From positions 47,432,001 to 47,496,000 of the forward strand of contig CM052817.1 in the NCBI GenBank assembly GCA_028534125.1: DNA of 64,000 nucleotides. The letters run 5' to 3'. Below the pieces are notes generated by a model. That model was not told the origin of the DNA. It saw nothing but the letters and a program-made list of their open reading frames with translations, and did no database searches. This DNA is from Lama glama (taxonomy: Eukaryota). This document shows, piece after piece, positions 13,001 through 26,870 of this stretch (the stretch's first letter is position 1; each line of letters starts with the position of its first letter). Both the position numbers and the translations under genes were made by a program.

Positions 13001-14079
13001 AAGAAGTTTGCTTTAGGCAGTCTCTTTTGGGGGCAGGGAGGGGTCTGTGCTTGTATGACATCATGCAGCTTTTCATATTTTTTTATTTAATCCCTAGGCC
13101 CTTAGGCTTCTCCCTTCAAATTGCAAACTATTCATTCACCAAAAGCTTTGTGTTAAAGTAATTTTTGTAATTACTTCCTACCAGTGGGAAACAAGGAATA
13201 GTAAGCCTTTATCTCCTAGCTTCCTTTCAGGATTTTCATTTTCCTGCACGAACCCAAGTGCTTGTGTTGCTGGTGTGGTTGTCATGGTGCTGTGAAGGAG
13301 TGTCTTTGTCCCAGGTGGGAAACATGTACAAGTCAGAAATGATTTGGGAGTTGCTCCTGGTTGCCAGGGAATGAAGCCATGAAGCAAAATTAGAATAATG
13401 GGAAGACTATTCCTCACGTTATTGACACTAGGAACTTCCTAGGCATAGAGTCCTGCCCTGAATCTGTAGACACATCAGCAGGTAATATAATCCTTTGTAT
13501 TTGGAAGTTCTCATGACCTATGCCCTAATCAAAGAGAAACATGGGTGGGCATTGTAACCCACAAAAGAAAATCCGAGAGAGATCAATTTTAGCAGATGTT
13601 TTCTTATTAAATGAAGCTTGAAACAGAACATTACTAAATCATTAAGATCTGTCAAATAGCAAAATTCTTCTAGGTGGGTGTTAAATGATAAATGTTTCAC
13701 AGCAGCGTAGTTTAGTTATGTAATCTAAAGGTCAGCTATTTGTCAAGGCTACTATCATTGGATTCATATGGAATACCAATCATATTTATGGAATTCCTTT
13801 TCAGGTTGGTTTTGTATATTTCATCATCTTGGTATTTATAATAATTATTGACAAAATAAGGCAATTGAAAATTAAATTACTATATAAAATAATCAAGAAG
13901 CAGAGTGAAGTGTAAAGATCTTCAGATGTGAAACATAAAGGATAATGATACTTTATTTCCTTTATTAACATGTCTTACTGGGCCTGTTCTATCTCTTCAT
14001 GGATGGATACAACAAAAGGAGTTTTTATACAGACCAGAATTGAAGTGTTATAGAATGTAACTCCATATTTTTTAATGAA

Positions 14080-15253
14080 ATTTTTTGTGTTTTTTAAATT
14101 AAAGTATAGTCAGTTTACAATATTGTGTCAGTTTCTGGTGTACAGCATAATGCTTCAGTCATACATGAATATACATATATTCATTTTCATATTTTTTTCA
14201 CCATAAGCTTCTACAAGATATCAACTATAGTTCCCTGTGCTAAACAGTATAAACTTGTGTATCTATTTTATATATACCAGTCAGTATCTGCAAATTTTGA
14301 ACTCCCAATTTATTCCTTCCCACCCCCTTCCCCCTAGCCATAAGTTTGTTTTCTATGTCTGTGAGTCTGTTTCTGTTTTGTAAATAAGTTCGTTTGTCTT
14401 TTTTTTTTTTTAGATTCCACATATGAGTGACATCATATGGTATTTTTCTTTCTCTTTATGGCTTACTTCACTTAGAATAACATTCTCCAGAGTCATCTAT
14501 GTTGCTGCAAATGGCATTATTTTATTATTTTTTATGACTGAGTAGTATTCCATTGTATAAATATACCACATCTTCTTTATCCAGTCATCTGTCAACAGAC
14601 ATTTAGATTGTTTCATGTCTTGGCTATTGCAAATAGTGCTGCTGTTAACACTGAGGTGCAGGTATCTTTTTGAATTAAGGTTCCCTCTGGATATATGTCC
14701 AGGAGTGGGATTGCTGGATCATATGGTAAGTCTGTTTTTAGTCTTTTGAGGAATCTCCATACTGTTTTCCAAAATAGCTGCACCAAACTACATTCCCACC
14801 AACAGTATAGGAGAGTTCCCTTTTCTCCACAGCCTCTCCAGCATTTATTCTTTGTGGACTTTTGAAAGATGGCCATTCTGAGTGGTGTGCGGTGATACCT
14901 CATTGTAGTTTTAATTTGCATTTCTCTGATAATTAGCGATACTGAGCATTTTTTCCTGTGCCTATTGGCCATTTGTATGTCTTGAAGTGCTTATTTAGTT
15001 CTTCTGCCTATTTTTGGATCGGTTTTGCTTTTTTCTTATTAAGTTGTATGAGCTGTTTATATATTCTGGAAATTAAACCCTTCACTGTCTCATCTTTTGC
15101 AAATGTTTTCTCCCATTCTGTAGGCTGTTGTTTTGTTTTGCTTATGGTTTCCTTTGCTGTGCAAAAGCTTTTACGTTTAATTAGGTCCCATTTGTTTATT
15201 TTTGCTTTTATTTCTATTGCTTGGGTAGACTGCTGTAGGAGAACATTGCTGAG
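14080..15253 (-). mobile_element. Young 5'-truncated L1, about 1.2 kb
   Basis: ORF 14613-14972(-) is the L1 ORF2p Cys-rich C-terminus ([18 protein letters not shown]...[10 protein letters not shown]). TSD atatttt(t)taatgaa at 14065-14079 and 15254-15267. Confidence 0.95.
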
Positions 15254-15469
15254 ATATTTTTAATGAAGTATTGAATATAGAAATACACAAACTGTATTGG
15301 GAATTCAGAGTCATTGGTTAACTATTTAGTTATTGGTACAGCATTAATGGAGAAAGAGAATTGTGAGGTTCCAGATATAATATCTGGGTGATTGAAGTGA
15401 AATCAAAAGTAATTAACTTATCTTAGGGTTTAAAGCTAATTTAGATAACTTAGGTAAATGTTGATTCTT

Positions 15470-16287
15470 TTTTTAATATATATTTTTATTGAAGTTGAGT
15501 CAGTTTAGAATGTTGTGTCAATTTCTGCTATACAGCACAATATTTAAGGCATACATGGACATACATATATTTGTTTTCATATTCTTTTTCACCATGAGTT
15601 ACTATAAGATATTGAAAATAGTTCCTTGTGCTATACAGTATGAACTTCTTGTTTATCTATTTTGTATATTTTCATTAGTATCTGCAGATCTCAAACTCCC
15701 AATTTATCCCTTCCCACCCCCTTCCCCTGCAGTAACCATAGGTTTGTTTTCTATGTCTGTGAGTCTGTTTCTGTTTTGTAAATAAGTTCATTTCTATTTG
15801 TTTTTAGATTCCACATATGAGTGATATCATATGGTATTTTTCTTTCTTTTTCTGGCTTACTTCACTTAGAATGACATTCTCCAGAGCCATCTATGTTGCT
15901 ACAAATGGCATTATTTTATAATTTTTTTATGTCTGAGTAGTATTCTATTGTATAAATATACCACATCTTCTTTATCCAGTCATCTGTCAAGGGACACTTA
16001 GGCTGTTTCCATGTCTTGGCTATTGTAAATAGTGCTGCTATGAACACTGGGGTGCAAGTATCTTTTTGAATTAAGGTTCCCTCTGGATGTATGCCCGGAA
16101 GTGGGATTGCTGGATCATATGGTAAGTCTACTCTTTTGAGGAATCTCCATACTGTTTTCCAAAATAGCTGCACCAAACTACATTCCCACTAACAGTATAG
16201 GAGGGTTCCCTTTTCTCCGCACCCTCTCCAGCATTTATCATTTATGGGCTTTTTAATGATGACCATTCTGACTGGTGTGAGGTGATA
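15470..16287 (-). mobile_element. Young 5'-truncated L1, about 0.8 kb
   Basis: ORF 15916-16176(-) is the ORF2p C-terminus. TSD ttgattctt at 15461-15469 and 16288-16296. Confidence 0.95.
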
Positions 16288-16935
16288 TTGATTCTTCAAT
16301 GATTGCCTGCTAGAAGTAACTGTATCAATTACTGACTCATGAAAGAACAGTTCATACCAAGAAAAAACTTTGTTTGTATTTAAAATGTGTTTGCTCTTTC
16401 TGAAGATAAAATATATCCTATTATCAAAATATACTCAATGTTTGGTTTTATTCATTCACTGCTTTTGCTTATGAGGGATAGACCCTATTTTTAGTAAAAT
16501 ACTAAGTACATTTTGACTCTGCCCATGCCAAGCATGCCTGTTTAAAAACATTTTAAAGCCTGTGCTTTTGTTCTTTACACATGTATCTTATAAACTTCCA
16601 CATTAATAAGTGGGAAGGAAACATTTGTGTAAGGACTTTATTTCTGGAGGTTAAGTAATCTTTGGCATCATTGTTTCTGTTTCGAGCTAGTATGATTGAT
16701 ACTTTCAAAGAAGATGTTTTCTGTAAAGTTGATTTTATTTGTATTTGTCATTGCTTATTTTCTTTTTTCTGCTAAATCATCGGTGATTAACTTTAAATAT
16801 AAAATTTATTTATGAGGATCACTGCTATTTGCCTCTGATCATCTTCATTTGGTATTCTGCAAATAAGTATTGCCTATGTGTGTGTGGACTCTTGCATCCC
16901 TGCAGAGGATTCTGGTGTGTTATTCTCAATCCTCT

Positions 16936-17121
16936 TTTTTTTTTTTATTGAAGTATAGTCGATTTACAATGTGTTGTTCATTTCTGGCTTACAGCATAGT
17001 GATTAATTTTCACCTATATATTCTTTTTCATTATAGGCCATTACAAGGTATTAAATGTCATTCCCTGTGCTATATAGTAGGACCTTGTTTATCTCATTTA
17101 TATACTGTAGTGTGTATCTAT
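16936..17121 (-). mobile_element. Short L1 3' UTR insertion
   Basis: Poly-T followed by attgaagtatagtcgatttacaatg. Candidate TSD atcctct at 16929-16935 and 17122-17128. Confidence 0.85.
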
Positions 17122-20100
17122 ATCCTCTCTTTATGGGATCTTTTTATCCCTGTCTCCCTGAGGGGCAACTTTCAGACAGAAGAAGTAGAGATTAGTGATA
17201 TATGTTAAAGAGAAATGGAACAATGGGGAAAATAAGTATAGAACAGAAAATAATATTTTTATTTGAAAATTGTTTGAGATTAGATTATGAGGACTATGAA
17301 CTGAAATGTAAGGGCTATACTCTGGCCAAAATAAACGCTTCTTTAATACATGGTTTTGCAGAGGGAGCTGAATACTTGTTCTTTCTAAACACCAGAAATT
17401 GTATTCCAATTTTCATCTGTGATCCAGATAGTCTAAATATCTAAATTTAAAAATCCTTAATGGAAGTTTTGAAGGTAAGACTTTGTATAGGATGGAAAGA
17501 TTTATTTTAGGAATGACTGGAGCCATTTCAGTACATGATAATATAAAGCTTACAGTAGATACGCAATTATACAGCATATTCCTATATCACTTTCCAGTAC
17601 CTTACTACTTAGCTGGAAAAAAAATCTTTGAAAAGAGGCATTGGTTCAAATTGGATTTTGTTTTTGTTTGTTTTTCATCTTTCACAGCAGCTGTAACCAC
17701 TTACATGCCATTCCACGTTAACTTGTTCTTTGATTCTGTGCTGAGATATTTGTTCATTATTTCAGAACTCTGATGAATAATACCAAGCATCCTAAGATTT
17801 TGTGTATATTCTTGTCCAAAGGACAGTCTTTAATTGTAAGTATTTTTAACACAATACCTGTGGAAGGCTTTATTTCTCTGGAGAGTGCTTTATACATTGC
17901 TGTGTGCTCTTTAAATGTTAAGAATAATGACTATGTGGTACTAAAACTTTTTGCACTCTAACTTCAGTCCTCTGTTTTAGCATGTTGGCAGGTCCTGTTT
18001 CCATGTTTTCAAGTTTTATCAAGCTGTGTCTAAGCCTCTTTGGGTGAGATGAATGAATGGGGAAAGCAGATCCTTTCAATGTCTTGTGCCCCAGCTAATA
18101 AAATGCCACTGAAGAGCCTTTTAGTAACAAGAAATTAAGGTATTAGGACAGCCTTTTAATTTCTTCATTCCCAGTTTTGGATGACATACATAGTTAAAGC
18201 CAATATAGAAATTTGATGCAAATAAACACTCTCCTTCCTTATTCCATGGCCCTGGGCTTGGCTTTTGAGTCTAGAGGGAAGTCCTAGGGAAATCTCTGCT
18301 AGGTGTGCAGGTGCACCTGCCTATTTATGTTTAAAGGAGGCACAGTTAATTTAACCAGATTGGATATGTTGTTTCTGTCTCTTCAACCTCCTTCTCTGTT
18401 CTGTGATGACACAACATTTGAAAAGTCAGCAGAGGCATTTGTAGTTGTTACAGGGTTACTGTCATCTGAGTCCACCTGGGCATTTTTTGAACACTGTCAC
18501 TCAGTAGTACTCTTCCTCTTAAATTTATGGAAGGTGTGTTCTAACATCCTGTCATCTCAGACTTCTACAAATTATTAATGAACATTTATGATATACATTG
18601 GGGTTATTTTAATAGATTTGAAATATATAAGCATTGATGTTGGACAAAATTATCTGAGTGGACAATACCACTCAGATTTTTATTCTTGAGTGAAATCCCA
18701 ACTCTTTTGGACTTTTTATCTTTCCTAGTTAAATGGCCCAGTTATATTGAGCCTCAGACCTCAAGTCACAGTGTCCACAAGTCCTTCACTCCTCTCCATT
18801 TTTTCCTTTTGTGACCTTATGGCAACTTTGATAAAGCATCTCAAATAACTTGAATTAACTTCAAGTTTTGTATCCCAAATAGAAATCAAGGAAATGGGAA
18901 TCCAAGAATTTGCTCTAAGCAGTAGGAATTATTAAGCTGGACCTTCCTTTTATTACTAGAGTGGTGACTCTGGAGCACAAGTTAATTCTTTACAAATATT
19001 CATGAAGAAAAAAAAAGGCAGGAGAGAAAAAGAGTCCAGCTATCCTAAATGTAGATTGCATCACATTTTGACTTCGAGCAGAAGTTTTGCACGTTGACTG
19101 GTACGTGGGCACCTCTGGCTGGCCAAGTGGCCCTCACCGGGCATGCCCTTGCCTGCCTGGCTGCTGCTAGCTCTGCTGGCCCTCACTGCCCGTTTTTCTC
19201 AACTTGAGTCCAGCCCTCTCTCACCGATGCAGCCAGACACCCTGAGTTCTGGCTAGGACCTCTGCTTCCCCAGCCCATGTGGCCCACCTGCAGCTCCAGT
19301 TGTGGAACTGCGGTGATGCTGGTCAGCAGCCCTTTTCCACAGGCTCCCCAGGAAACTCAGATATTGCTGTTCTTACAGCACAGGAACCAAGGGGCATCAT
19401 GGCTTCCTCGGCTGCAGTTGGATTGACATGCTGGCAAATGATGTGTTCTCCTTCCCGAGTCCCCAAGTAGAGCAGGCGAACAGGCTTTGGTCCTTGGAAG
19501 TCCTCAGAGATCAATATGTTTTGGTACCATGTTCCTTCTCTTTTGAGACTTGGCCTTGAAGGGCACTGGGAAGAAATTGGAATCACTGTCTCCTCATTCC
19601 TATTTGTTTCCTCGTCCCAGAGGCAGTCCAAGATCAAAAGGGCCAAGCTTGCCTTGTTTCTTCCTCCAGTTAAATGTTTTTTCCTCACTGCTCTTGGCCT
19701 CACGATTAAGACTTGTGATGGCCAGGACTTTGTCTCATAGGAGGAAAACATAAATGAAAACAAACAAAAAAGTAAAAACCCTCTGTATTCTGGTCACTAG
19801 ACCTAATGTTGATATGTTTGTTATGTGAGAACTAAGAGGACTTAGAAAACCCTTTTTCTCTTACCCTACAGATCTCTTTTATTTTGACAAAGCTTATTTG
19901 GACTCCAGAAGTTGAATGTTAAGTCTCTTTATATTTTTGATGCAACAATCCTAGTGTCCAGCAGCCTCTTTCCTTTCCCTTTCTGGCCTCCTAGCCAGTG
20001 CTTGGGGATGGTTAATGAGTCATCTGTGCACAAAGGCAGAGAAGAATGCTTTTGTTTTCCAAATATCGTCCCCATAGCACAAACTGCCATATTTCTGTGG

Positions 20101-22397
20101 TTCACATTATTGTAGTTCCATGTTGTTGTGGTTGCAGAAACTACATATATCAAGAGGTTGTTGAATGGGCTCTTGTCAGAATTGTACCCTCTATCCTTTC
20201 ATGTATGTAATTTGGGATGAAAAATGATAAGATGTCAAATGCAAAATGGCAAAAAAAAAGGTTAAAATGGAACTAATGTCAGAAAAAATAAATTTTATCT
20301 TTGTAACTCAAGTATACCTTACCTCATGATTTGTAATCTTAAATGCATCACAAATATGGTTTTGGTATCCTGAGTCACTCGGAGAATTTTGGAATTCTCA
20401 ATTTTCCAGTGTCTATATGTCTAAATTTGGAGCCTTAATCCTCCTTGATGATTATTTTCTTTTTCCAACTAATATCTTGCAAATACAGAATTTTATCCCA
20501 AATTCCCCAGTATTTTATTTGTGATTAAAAGAAGAAATCAAATTTATTCTCTGTGAATATAGACTCCTGAAGTTTTATTTATGACATGATTAAAATAAGA
20601 AGTGAGTTTTATGCAAGTCAGAGGATAGTAGTATTAATGTAGTCCTCATGAGCCCATTTACTTACTTTTGCAGATTTTTCTAACTTTTGGTCCAGAGATA
20701 GAATGATGGTGTTGAAAGTGACAGAGGTACCATGTCCAACCCTCCTTCAGTACAAATAGGGAGGTCATCTGTTTTAGTCTTCTTCAATTCTTGGCAATAA
20801 CAAAGGAAAAATTAATAAGACCAGTCATGAAGTCCCTTACCTTAGGTCCCCAGCTCCAGTAAGTAAAGCTGAAAAAGAACAACTTAAATGTGATAGACAG
20901 CAGAAAAACTAAAGGGAAGGGGAAACCGTAAGTGCTCAGTGTTCAATCCATTGATAATATCCCTTATATTTCTAGGTATAGAGGCAAAATATGTGATTGT
21001 TTCCAAAAACATACTTTGATTGATGTAAGAACATCTTGCATAAAGAGAGGGTAACACACATTCTCTGTTCCACCCACTTTGCACACGTACTGTAACCCCA
21101 CCTTAATGGCCATTCCTGTGAAAGGTATTTCATAGCCAAAAGAATACAGTCCAACTGTGTTAAATTTCTTAGAGTAGAGTTAGCCAAGGATATCCTGTAA
21201 AAACAGACTCAAACATTTGAATAGGATCTCTTGAGCCAGTTTTAAAATTAGATCTTCAAACTGGGTCTTTAGAACACTGAAGACATCAGAAAGTCTGAGA
21301 GGTGGCTTTTTTTGGATACAAGACTATCTAACATGTATCTTTTTAACAATCCTTACTATTTCCTATCTCACTGAGAAGGGAAAAAAGCTCACATTTTTCA
21401 GGTGATTTGTAAGAAGACTAAAACATTTATCAGAGATAGAATAAATGTCTATAGCTTATGCCTTCAAAAAGTATGAAGACATAATATGTAATTATTAATG
21501 GTGAGTTTTAGGCAAACAGTATATTATTGACACAAAATATATTATTTTTATTTGTTTACTGAGTACTTAATATACATTCTCCCATGAAGTATAGTAAATT
21601 TTCCAATTGATTGATTAAAAAAACATACAATTAAACTAAATCATTATACAATTAGCCTTATAATGACTGATCTAGAAAACATGTTATGCACCTTTAGCAT
21701 ATCAGTGAAGGCTGGAGTGTTTGAGTGTCTCCTGGTCGATAAGGAAGGGTGCCGGGATGCAATGACTGGGAAGAAAGGAAACATTCCTAAGGAAGCAAGA
21801 CAAAAATTTAAGTAGAGACATGGTGGTGATAATATGGTGGTGAGATTATTATTAATAACTAAAAGTAAAAAGAGCACGTGTATAAATCATCATTACCTCA
21901 AGGAGCATTTTTTTGTTTTTTTTGTTTTTTATATAATAACTAATCCAAACAGACTGATTCAATGTCTTAGCTGTCATTGATGTGGTGAAAATTTTTTTTC
22001 CTTTAGTATAGTTTTAGCCCAAAGGCTTATCATTAAATAGCTTTGTGACCTATGTCAAGTCCCTTAACCTAACAGTGACTCAGTTTATTCATAGACAAGG
22101 AGAGAAAATACTACTCCTTACTTCAAGGGACTGTCTTTGGATTAATCTGATATTGATATCAAGCACTTGGTTTTAATTCCTGACACTTACCAAATACTCA
22201 GTGATTCCCTCTGACTGCTCTTTGATCATGACCACGTTTTCCCTTTGTGGTAGTTTTATAACCTTATAAGAACCACCAGCCATCTTCCTTTGAGCGTGTG
22301 GTTTGCTAGACGTTTTCATCACAGCATCGCTTTTGTTCTTCTCCCTTTGATGTCATGCAAATGCTCACCCTTGTGTTCTGCTTTCAGCTTCTAGGAA

Positions 22398-22594
22398 ATT
22401 GTTCTTCCATAGAACTTTCTGGATGATCGGAACTTTCTACTTCAGTGCTCCCAATATGGTAGCCACTAGCCATAGGTAGCAACTGCGCTGTGACTAGTAT
22501 GCCTGAAGAACTGAAGTTTTTGTTTTATTTAATTTTAAGTAATTGAAACGTAAAGAGCTGTATGTGACCAATTGCTCTTGTATTGGACAACACA
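22398..22594. mobile_element. hAT-Charlie MITE (MER3-like)
   Basis: ccatagaactttctggatgat ... ccaatatggtagccactagcca ... gaactgaagtttttgttttatttaattttaa ... gtattggacaacaca. Confidence 0.75.
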
Positions 22595-23639
22595 AGACAA
22601 GGAGTTGCTCCATGGTATATATCTTATGGCTTTCAAAATTCTTTCATATGCCTTATTTCATTTGATTCTCCCAATAATTATGTGACATAGAATAGCTGGA
22701 ATTACCCCAGTTTTTCTTGTTTGCTCAATATTGTTTATTCAAGGTCTAGCACAGGGACCAGCACAGAGCAGGTCTTCAATAAATATTGATTGAATGAATG
22801 AGTCATTAATTCTGATACTCAGACATGTTAGGTACCTTGCCCAAGAAAAATTACTAAAAATGTTTCCCCACATTCTTCATTTGATGAAAAAGTGGTGGTC
22901 TTGCAGGTACTTTTTAAACTGAGCAAAAGGAGCATTCAACTGACATTTGTCAGGAAAGTAAAAACTGAAATTCTATGTGGGACAGCCAGTGTGACATACA
23001 AGAAGACCCACAGTGTCAAAATTCCTTTGTAATTCATAGGAGGAAATTCCAAGGAAGGGAATCCAGAAGGAGCACTTATTGCCTCAGATGTCTGTTTATC
23101 AAACCCAGACTGTGTAATGAAATTCCCTGTTGATGGTCTGAGGGGACTTCATTACGTAGTCTGAGTGCTGGGGGTGGTCGTGGAATGGGACTCGGGAATG
23201 GGGCATCCAGCACAGAAGAGGCTGTGGGGTGCTCCCGATCTGTGATGTAGAGCTTGCCTTCCTAGTCACCATGGCACCTGCCACACACTCCATTTCTTCT
23301 TATTCTGAAGGCTGTTTTCATCTTTATGAACCTTCATGAAGATGCTCATGGGTCTTAAGTGGGAGACGCAGAGAGTGTGCAGCTGGATGGTATAGGTCTC
23401 CTCTGTCTTCATAAATACTTGGCTGGAACTTGGGCCCTTTGCCCCTTTACAGGTACTTTTTTCCATCACACTATTGCCAAATTTCTGTGAAGGATATGTC
23501 TTCTGCTTTCTTCTTATCACTTCATCTCTTATCCAGCTCCCTCTCAGCTTGGCTCTCATCCTTGGCACTTTACATAAATAATTTTCTCCAGATACTGAAA
23601 GATACTTAAACATTTCAACAGTTTTTTGGACCACTTTTC

Positions 23640-24400
23640 TTGTTACTTAGTACATTTTCCCACATATTCAACTTTATCCTACATAGATTTTTTTCTTAAT
23701 ATGTCACGATTTGCCATTTATTCAGATCCACTTTTCTATATATACAAATAAAATCTTGCCGTTTTATTTACTCAGCTTTTTTATACATCGTATGTTTATT
23801 TCTTCTGCTTTTAAGAGAATTATATGTCTATTGAATGGACCATCTTAAAATTATCTTTTATTTCTTATTTTCATGAACATACAGAGTACTAGTTACTTCT
23901 GAGTACTTACACTATTACCCTGATTCAGCTTTTGTGAATACTAGATATTGTTATTTTTAACTGAATGCCTTGAATTTCCAAGAATATAATCAAGTCATCT
24001 GAAAGTAATAGCTTTATGTATTATTTTCTCTTACTTCTATATCTCTGACATGACTTAATAAAAATTTCCAAAATGCTGCTACATGAAAACCGTGAACACA
24101 GATACTTGTTATTGTTGTTTCTGAGTTTGCAGGGACTATCTCTCAGGGATCTGCTATTGACTATAATGATGACATGTTTAGAAGGACTATTAATTTTATT
24201 TATATATATAAATTAAAAGAAATATACATATATATAAATGGAAAAACCTTCCATTCCTTTTTTTAAAAAACACCTTTAAATGTTCAATTTTAGCAAATGT
24301 CTTCCTGCAGCTATTGTATTATGGACATAATTATGCTAATGATCCTACCTAGTTTCATACTTTTTTAAAATAACTTCCAGAGTCATCTTCACCAAATATC
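23640..24400 (-). mobile_element. Old, highly diverged L1M ORF2 fragment
   Basis: Antisense L1 RT-region-like motifs (ataatcaagtcatctgaaagtaatagcttt; gatacttgttattgttgtttctgagtttgcaggga). Confidence 0.5.
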
Positions 24401-25479
24401 CTTGACTGTTTCTGATATGGGTTTTGGAGCCTGACAAACCTGGGTCCAAACAGCTCTGCTTCTGATTAGTTCTGTGACCTTAGGTACTTTGGACAACTTC
24501 TTCAGACACCATTACCTCAAGTATAATGTGAAATTCTGACTATCTCATGATGCCATTGGTGATAGACGGCCCTCCACAAGATGGGCAGCCACCGCACTCT
24601 CTCTCTTACATCTTTCCCTTTCTTCTGTTACCTCTGCCAAAACAATAGTTTTTCTCCTTCTCTCATATGTGTCTTAGGGAAGACCAGATTACAAAGACCT
24701 TATTGTACAAATTAAAAGATAAATTAAAAAATCAAAGCCCAGTGTACTCATAGAAGTGACATAGTTTCGTGATACGTATTTTGGAAGATCTGCCTGCCTT
24801 CCATCCCTGCGGAGTTAAGTAGAGGAGCGAGAGAACAGAGGCAATTTGGCGGCTGCTGGAGTAATCCAGATGAGAGGTGATGAGAGCATCAGTGTGTCTC
24901 CTCCAACATGAAAGAGGAGGAGTGGGTGGCGTTGAATGCATTTGAAGAAGCAGAGCAAAACAGTTTTTAAGGCTACTTTCATGTGAGGCTGTTTGTGATC
25001 ATTACAACCACTACATTTTTAACTTTTAAAATTTCTAAGTAACGTGCACAGCAGAATGCCATATGCCATCTCTGGCCCCCACCCAATCTCTGAGCATAAT
25101 ACTCAGGGATGGGGCAGAGAGTTCTCTGTTACATGCATTACTTGGTTGCTTTAATTAGTATACAGAAAGAATAACTTTAAAAACTTTAATTATGAAATAG
25201 TTATAAATATCCCAATATGACGTGCTTCAAAAGTAATGTCATGTGTTCATCCTTATGGAAGTAAAAAGAGATATTTTGGTGCCTGGTTAGATGTACATTT
25301 GGTGGAGACATGTAATGTAGTTAGACAGACATTCTTACTGTGTCCCTGGTTTGTTAACACTTCCATAAACTTATACTGTTTTCTGTTTCTAGAATATCTT
25401 GTCACTTCTCTTCAGTGCTCGTTATCCAGCTCGAGTGTCATATTTCAATGAAAGTGTTTTTTTCCCCTGAAATTCCATA

Positions 25480-26870
25480 GTTCACACAAGTTCTTTTTTA
25501 CACTTTGCCACATACCATCTTATAATATGAATTATTTCCTTCATTTATTGAAATCTGGTTTTCAGCTCCTACTATTTCATTTAATTAAAAAAAACCCCAA
25601 AACTCTTTAATGACAAACTGTGCTGCTGCATTTTGCCCTGTACCCACCTTACCTCTCTGTGACATTAGACTTGCCCTATGGCTTTCATGTCTGGAATCTT
25701 TCTTGGATTTCTTTTGTAGCCTCCTTCCTTGATAACCTCTCCTCTTCCCATCCTTTACATGTAAGTCTTCTTTCAGGTTTTTTTTTCCTTTTCTTTTCTT
25801 ATGTTCTGTATCACTGGTGATCTTTGGGAGAATTGCACAGTGGTATATGTCATCCACCTTCCTCCTGAGTTCCAAGACTGCTGTTTAGCCACCTGCACTT
25901 GGATATCCCACAAAGACCTCTAACTCAACATGGCCATCATTGAGCTCATCTCTAACCACCCACCAATTTCTAAGTTGCTCCTTGATTCTCCTATTAGATT
26001 TCAGTCTTAATGAATGTCCTGGCACCCACCCAGTTAACCCTTCTGATTTTAATATCCCTTATCTAGTTGGCAAGCAAGACCCACACATTATCCATCCAGA
26101 AAGCACTCAAGATAGACTCTTCAGTCTCCTTTGTTTCTACTTTTATTCAGAGCCTGACAATTTTTGTTTTGAATATTGCAGCAGTCTCCTAACTATCCTC
26201 CTATTTCTAAACCTGACTCCTTCTAATCCATTTTGAGATAGAATGTTACTAAACTTTGTGAATTATGTACCCACACCGTGTGCGTGTGTGTGTGTGTGTG
26301 TGTTTACCTACACAAAAATGTATTAGTATAGCTTATACATTACAGAACTTGTGTAACATGTTTTATAGGACATTCACAAAGATGGAATTATAAAGAATGT
26401 AACAAAGATAATTTTTGTAGTTCTATTTTTCTCTCCATATTCCAGTAACCACTCTTACATATCTCTGTAGTTTAAGTACACTGATATCCTGCTTCAGAGA
26501 TTGCTACATTTGATTGAAGATATAGTGACCTTTGTGAACTGTGTCACTATTTAGTCTAAAATTTGTAGGTCATTCCCCATTCCTTATTGGATAAAATATA
26601 AACATTTTAGCATTGTCCTCTGGAACCTGGAACCTATTTATCTATTTTTCTCTGTCTTGTTTTTCATTAGTGACTCCCACTCCCCCTATATACTTTTTAT
26701 TTGAAGTTTACTAAACTCTAAATTTCCTAAACACACATTTCCTCACACTGCCTTCTTATTTGTCCTTTTACATGGTAGACTGCATATCTCTTCCTTTTAG
26801 AATGTTGGAAGGTATCTTTATATCAGATTTTACCTGGTAAGCACTACTAGACCATCTTTCTGAGAAGAGA
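25480..26870 (+). mobile_element. L2 LINE remnants, with a (TG)n at about 26278-26302
   Basis: L2 body motifs (cttcctcctgagttccaagactg; cacttggatatcccacaaagacctctaactcaacatggcca; gaatattgcagcagtctcctaact). Confidence 0.6.

Noticed and set aside
18652..18677. Perfect 10-bp inverted repeat ATCTGAGTGG-n6-CCACTCAGAT
   Set aside because: Roughly one such repeat is expected by chance in 64 kb, and there is no supporting context.
23099..23634. Two overlapping minus-strand ORFs (122 and 64 aa) in a moderately GC-rich patch, considered as a pseudogene
   Set aside because: I recognise no protein family and see no poly-A/TSD pair. It abuts an old L1M and is probably repeat-derived. A BLASTX or Dfam search would settle it.
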